Shown in pieces: positions 17,668 through 21,555 of a stretch of 21,555 nucleotides of DNA. The DNA is from Candidatus Aenigmatarchaeota archaeon (GTDB lineage Archaea; Aenigmatarchaeota; Aenigmatarchaeia; GW2011-AR5; JAGGXF01): the NCBI GenBank assembly GCA_029932645.1, contig JAOZPR010000004.1:1-21555 (forward strand). Direction: 5' to 3'. A model generated the notes under the pieces. It was not told the origin of the DNA. It did not search any database and worked only from the letters and a program-made list of their open reading frames with translations. Made by a program: the position numbers and the translations under genes. The first letter of the stretch is position 1; the number at the start of each line of letters is the position of its first letter.

Positions 17668-17714
17668 CCGGTTAATAGTTAATATATAAAAAATATACAA
17701 AAAGAGGTGATAAG

Positions 17715-19361
17715 ATGCTTGGACAAACTGGGGCACAGCCCATCTTTATTCTCCCGGAAGGGACGCTAAGACAGATAGGAAAAGATGCCCAAAAAGCAAA
17801 CATAACCGCAGCTACAGCAGTAGCAGACAGTGTTCGAAGCACACTCGGACCAAAAGGCATGGACAAGATGCTCGTTGACACAATAGGGGACGTGGTCATA
17901 ACCAACGACGGTGCGACAATCTTGGATGAGATGGAGATAGACCATCCTGCAGCAAAGATGATGGTTGAGGTAGCGAAGACACAGGAAGATGAAGTCGGCG
18001 ACGGAACAACAACAGCAGTTGTTCTGGCTGGAGAACTACTGAAAAAAGCAGAGCGCTTGATAGATCAAGAAATTCACCCTACGATTATAATCAGAGGCTA
18101 TAGAATGGCAAAAGACAAGTCACTGAAAATCCTCGAAAAAATATCAAAAGACGTTTCTATTAACAGTCCTGAGCTGGAAAAAATAGCACTAACAGCCATG
18201 ACAGGAAAGGGCGGTGAAGCAGCAAAAGACTCTTTGGCGCAGCTGGCAGTTAAAGCTGTTAAGAGTGTTGCTGAAGACGACACAATAGACACGGACAATA
18301 TCAAAATAGAAAAAAAGCAGGGTGGAAGCATTGATGATACAGAACTGATAAAAGGACTTGTTATTGATAAAGAGGTTGTGCATGCGGCCATGCCAAAAAG
18401 CGTTAAGAATGCAAAAATAGCGTTGATTGACTCTGCACTGGAGGTTAAGGAAACAGAAACAGATGCACAGATAAGAATAACAGACCCAGATCAGCTGAAG
18501 GGCTTCATAGAACAGGAAAGCAAGATGCTTAAAGAAATGGTAATGAAAATCGTAAAGTCTGGGTGTAATGTGGTCTTTTGTCAGAAAGGTATAGATGACC
18601 TTGCCCAGCACTACCTGGCGAAAAACAAGATAATGGCTGCACGAAGGGTCAAAAAAAGCGATATGGAAACACTGGCAAAGGCAACTGGAGCAAACATAGT
18701 GACGAACTTGGATGAACTCACAGACGATGAACTTGGTCATGCAGGCATAGTAGAAGAGAAAAAAATAGCTGGCGAAGAAATGATATTCGTACGTGAATGC
18801 AGAAACCCAAAAGCAGTATCCATACTAATAAGGGGTGGAACAGAGCATGTCGTGGATGAAGCCAAAAGAGCAATGGAAGATGCAATTTTGGGTGTTGCCT
18901 CGGCAATTAAATCAGGAAAAATAGTGACCGGCGGTGGATCGACAGAAATAGAAATAGGAAGGAATTTGAGAGAATTCGCAGAAACAGTTGGTGGCCGTGA
19001 ACAGTTAGCAATAAATGCGTTTGCCGATGCTCTGGAGATTATACCAAAGACCCTGGCAAGCTCCAGTGGTATGAACACAATAGATACGCTGGTAGAACTT
19101 AGATCATTGCATGAAAAAGGCAAAGTAGCTTACGGTGTTGGTGTTCTAAAAGGAAAATGTATAGATATGGAAGAAGCTGGGGTAATAGAACCGATAAAGA
19201 TTAAAACACAGGCAATACAAAGTGCCAGTGAAGCAGCAGAAATGATTCTAAGGATAGACGATGTGATTACGGCGAGTAAGATGGGTGGTGGAACACCCAG
19301 GGGACCAGGAGCTGGGGGAATGGGACCAGGAGCTGGGGGAATGCCACCTGGCATGATGTAA
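17715..19361 (+). CDS. ths: Thermosome (group II chaperonin) subunit
   Basis: [56 protein letters not shown] and a GGM-rich tail; SD GAGGTGA. Confidence 0.97.
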   Translation: MLGQTGAQPIFILPEGTLRQIGKDAQKANITAATAVADSVRSTLGPKGMDKMLVDTIGDVVITNDGATILDEMEIDHPAAKMMVEVAKTQEDEVGDGTTTAVVLAGELLKKAERLIDQEIHPTIIIRGYRMAKDKSLKILEKISKDVSINSPELEKIALTAMTGKGGEAAKDSLAQLAVKAVKSVAEDDTIDTDNIKIEKKQGGSIDDTELIKGLVIDKEVVHAAMPKSVKNAKIALIDSALEVKETETDAQIRITDPDQLKGFIEQESKMLKEMVMKIVKSGCNVVFCQKGIDDLAQHYLAKNKIMAARRVKKSDMETLAKATGANIVTNLDELTDDELGHAGIVEEKKIAGEEMIFVRECRNPKAVSILIRGGTEHVVDEAKRAMEDAILGVASAIKSGKIVTGGGSTEIEIGRNLREFAETVGGREQLAINAFADALEIIPKTLASSSGMNTIDTLVELRSLHEKGKVAYGVGVLKGKCIDMEEAGVIEPIKIKTQAIQSASEAAEMILRIDDVITASKMGGGTPRGPGAGGMGPGAGGMPPGMM

Positions 19362-19490
19362 GCCGAGCTTGCTTTTTCTTTTTTATTTATTAATTTTAAT
19401 TATTTTCATTAAATCAAATGAATTTTACTCGTTCTGTTTCTCATTTCATTGTTTGGACAGGGGGATTCATGATTTATCGTGGTATTATTA

Positions 19491-19506
19491 GAAAGTTATT
19501 TATATG
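19491..19506 (+). promoter_or_regulatory. BRE-TATA promoter of the coiled-coil/pilin-like gene cluster
   Basis: GAAAGTTATTTATATG about 45 nt upstream of ATG 19551. Confidence 0.5.
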
Positions 19507-19550
19507 GCTGAAAATAATACTTTTAGTAGCTGTAAATGGGGGTTCTAATT

Positions 19551-20090
19551 ATGGAAACAGATGATTATGAGCTGATTCCTTTAAATCCTATAAGAAGACT
19601 TGAAAAAAGGATTGAAAGAATTGAAAACGTCAAAGACAAGGAAATCTTTGATGAACTTTTACAGACGATTAAAATAAACCAGGAAACTGTAGACCAGCTA
19701 ACAAAAATGAATACAGCCCTTGTAAAAGAAATTACAACCCTTTCTGGCTCAATAGAAAATCTGAGCAGCAAATTGTCCGACTTCTTAGAAAGAGTTGAGG
19801 TCGAAAGCTTGGAAGCGCCTGACGAGGAATATGAAAAGATAAAAGAAGAAAATAAAAAATTCGCGGAGAAAGAAGAAAAGCTAACAGAAAAGGTACAGAT
19901 GCTTGAGAAAAAAATTAATGCCCTTCTTTTATCGAGCCTCGCCAAGAAAAGAATGGCGCAAAGAGTGCAGCGGTCTCGCAGACCAGGGGCACCAAGACCA
20001 GTTGGTATTGCTGGCGCGCCGAGACCAAATGTATCCATGCCTGCTGCAGGACCAGAACCAAGAAAAAAGATAGGGTTGCCACTTCCATAA
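19551..20090 (+). CDS. Hypothetical coiled-coil protein with a Pro/Arg-rich C-terminal tail
   Basis: Heptad-like E/K/L-rich segments and a low-complexity RRPGAPRP tail. Start at 19551 (GGGGG upstream) or 19536. Confidence 0.7.
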   Translation: METDDYELIPLNPIRRLEKRIERIENVKDKEIFDELLQTIKINQETVDQLTKMNTALVKEITTLSGSIENLSSKLSDFLERVEVESLEAPDEEYEKIKEENKKFAEKEEKLTEKVQMLEKKINALLLSSLAKKRMAQRVQRSRRPGAPRPVGIAGAPRPNVSMPAAGPEPRKKIGLPLP

Positions 20091-20106
20091 AGGTTAGGCA
20101 GATTTT

Positions 20107-20691
20107 ATGATAAAGGCCCAAACAGAGGTTTTGACAACACTGCTGATATTCGTCGTGACGCTTTCTGTAGTTACATCTGTCTATATGTTTGGTATCCCGC
20201 TTATTGAGAAAAATAAGGACATGGCAACGCTGGAGAGAGCAGAAGATTTTATTAAGAGTCTCAACATAAAAATAAAAGGTGTTGCAAACGGCGGCTCGGA
20301 CCAGATAGAATTTAATCTTCCAGGACTTTTTGTGTTCAATGAAACAAATGAGAGCATTCAGGTTGTTCTAAAAACAACTGGAACAAAATACGCAGAAGGT
20401 GGCTGGATTTCTCTGAGTATGGGCAATAAAACTACTGGGAGATGGGGCATTGATGAACCGGAGATAATAGAAGTCAGAAGCATAAAATTGGCGAATAAAA
20501 AATATATAAGCACTTTTAGGCTGAAATACCGGCAGCTTGATGCTCAGCAGAAGTCTTATAAAATATCACTCGCTTCTGCCTCGGGGGGTTCCCTTGTAAC
20601 AGGCGAGGGGCATAACATAATTCTAACATACGCCGGAACAAGTGAAAATGAAGGTTTAATAAATACGATTGTTAAGATAAATATTATATGA
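20107..20691 (+). CDS. Type IV pilin-like protein with a class III signal peptide
   Basis: MIKA|QTEV followed directly by a hydrophobic helix (LTTLLIFVVTLSVVTSVYMFGIPLI) and a beta-rich soluble domain. Confidence 0.65.
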   Translation: MIKAQTEVLTTLLIFVVTLSVVTSVYMFGIPLIEKNKDMATLERAEDFIKSLNIKIKGVANGGSDQIEFNLPGLFVFNETNESIQVVLKTTGTKYAEGGWISLSMGNKTTGRWGIDEPEIIEVRSIKLANKKYISTFRLKYRQLDAQQKSYKISLASASGGSLVTGEGHNIILTYAGTSENEGLINTIVKINII

Positions 20692-21134
20692 AAGGTCAGT
20701 ACAGAATCATCAGTGAGGTTTTGTTGTTCGGCATTGGTATTGGTATAGCTATTCTTGTTCTGACAACTTATCAATCACTAAATAAATCGATTGGCAAACT
20801 CACATTCTACGACCAGCTAGAAGAGGTGTCTAACTTCGTGACAGCCAGTGTTGTAAAGGTCAGCCAAACCAGCGGAGATAGTTGGTTAATCTTAGAAATA
20901 CCAGAGAAATTGTCTGGAAGAGAGTATAAAATTATTCTCGATAATAAGACCTATTCAGTAGCGTATCTCATAGTCTCGGATTATAGAAATAGTAATATCC
21001 AAGTGCAAAAACAACTTTTTAATATGACCAACGATAATATTGATTATGGAGAAGTCTTGAGCACAGCCAGATATATAAACATCAGTCGGTGCTCTGGTAA
21101 AATTAGGATAAAAAGGTGCGAATATGAAGAATGA
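20688..21134 (+). CDS. Type IV pilin-like protein with a class III signal peptide
   Basis: MKG|QYRIISE followed by a hydrophobic helix (VLLFGIGIGIAILVL); ATGA overlap with the preceding gene. Confidence 0.65.
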   Translation: MKGQYRIISEVLLFGIGIGIAILVLTTYQSLNKSIGKLTFYDQLEEVSNFVTASVVKVSQTSGDSWLILEIPEKLSGREYKIILDNKTYSVAYLIVSDYRNSNIQVQKQLFNMTNDNIDYGEVLSTARYINISRCSGKIRIKRCEYEE

Positions 21135-21555
21135 AAAAAACAGATACCTAAACCTGGATCAACATATTATTAAACCATTTGACTCGTCGCTCGATGATTA
21201 TAAATTACGGCTAAAACTTAAGCATGAGAATAAAAAAACCGTTGAACAGGCCCCTGTTTCTATTGAAATCGGAGATGTTGCCGAAACAGATAAAGTTTCT
21301 TTTTCTTCTGGCTTCAAACCACGAAAAAAAATGATAAAGATAAGAATAAGGCCTGTTGAGAAAGTGGCTGCTGAAAAAAAAGATGTGCTAAAAGATGTGT
21401 GGAAAGAAGAGCCAAAACCAATAAAAATGCATCTAATTGAGAAGAAGGAAGAAAAAGAGAAGCTGAAAGAAAATAAGGAAATGCTAAGAGAAAAAAAAGA
21501 GACTAAAGAAAAAATAGAAAAGAGGGAAACACATAAAGAAAAGAAAATAGAAAAA
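21124..21555 (+). CDS. Partial ORF with a K/E-rich low-complexity region (runs off the window)
   Basis: ATG 21124 preceded by AGGTG; MKNEKNRYLNLDQHIIKPF... stays open to the window end. Not in the ORF track. Confidence 0.7.
   Translation, partial: MKNEKNRYLNLDQHIIKPFDSSLDDYKLRLKLKHENKKTVEQAPVSIEIGDVAETDKVSFSSGFKPRKKMIKIRIRPVEKVAAEKKDVLKDVWKEEPKPIKMHLIEKKEEKEKLKENKEMLREKKETKEKIEKRETHKEKKIEK

Noticed and set aside
19302..19343. 21-bp tandem repeat GGACCAGGAGCTGGGGGAATG x2
   Set aside because: It encodes the ordinary Gly/Met-rich chaperonin tail (GPGAGGM x2).
21131..21151. ATG at 21131 overlapping the pilin stop as the start of the next gene
   Set aside because: It hits TAA after six codons; the open frame starts at ATG 21124.

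Overview
This is a core-chromosome segment of an archaeon. The compact genes, short Nop5, multi-intron tRNAs and pilin-like genes suggest a DPANN-type lineage, but that assignment is inference. Housekeeping genes: hisS (partial), aMBF1, ileS, an HD hydrolase, a DHH/DHHA1 phosphoesterase, fibrillarin (split by a 1-nt frameshift), Nop5, rps17e, pyrH, an archaeal HTH regulator, a thermosome subunit, a coiled-coil protein, two class III signal peptide (pilin-like) proteins and a partial K/E-rich ORF. One contiguous minus-strand cluster encodes the whole lower archaeal (Aeropyrum-type) modified mevalonate pathway: mvk, UbiD-like AMPD, PMDh large and small subunits, ipk, ubiX and fni. Four elements are absent from the ORF track. 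(1) A tRNA-Val(CAC) split by three BHB-type introns, two of which look like copies of each other. (2) A tRNA-Ile, also with three introns, carrying the rare UAU anticodon. (3) A 29-aa, 79% Lys/Arg microprotein gene with its own promoter, RBS and terminator. (4) A direct-plus-inverted repeat in the thermosome promoter. No CRISPR array, transposase or integrase was seen.
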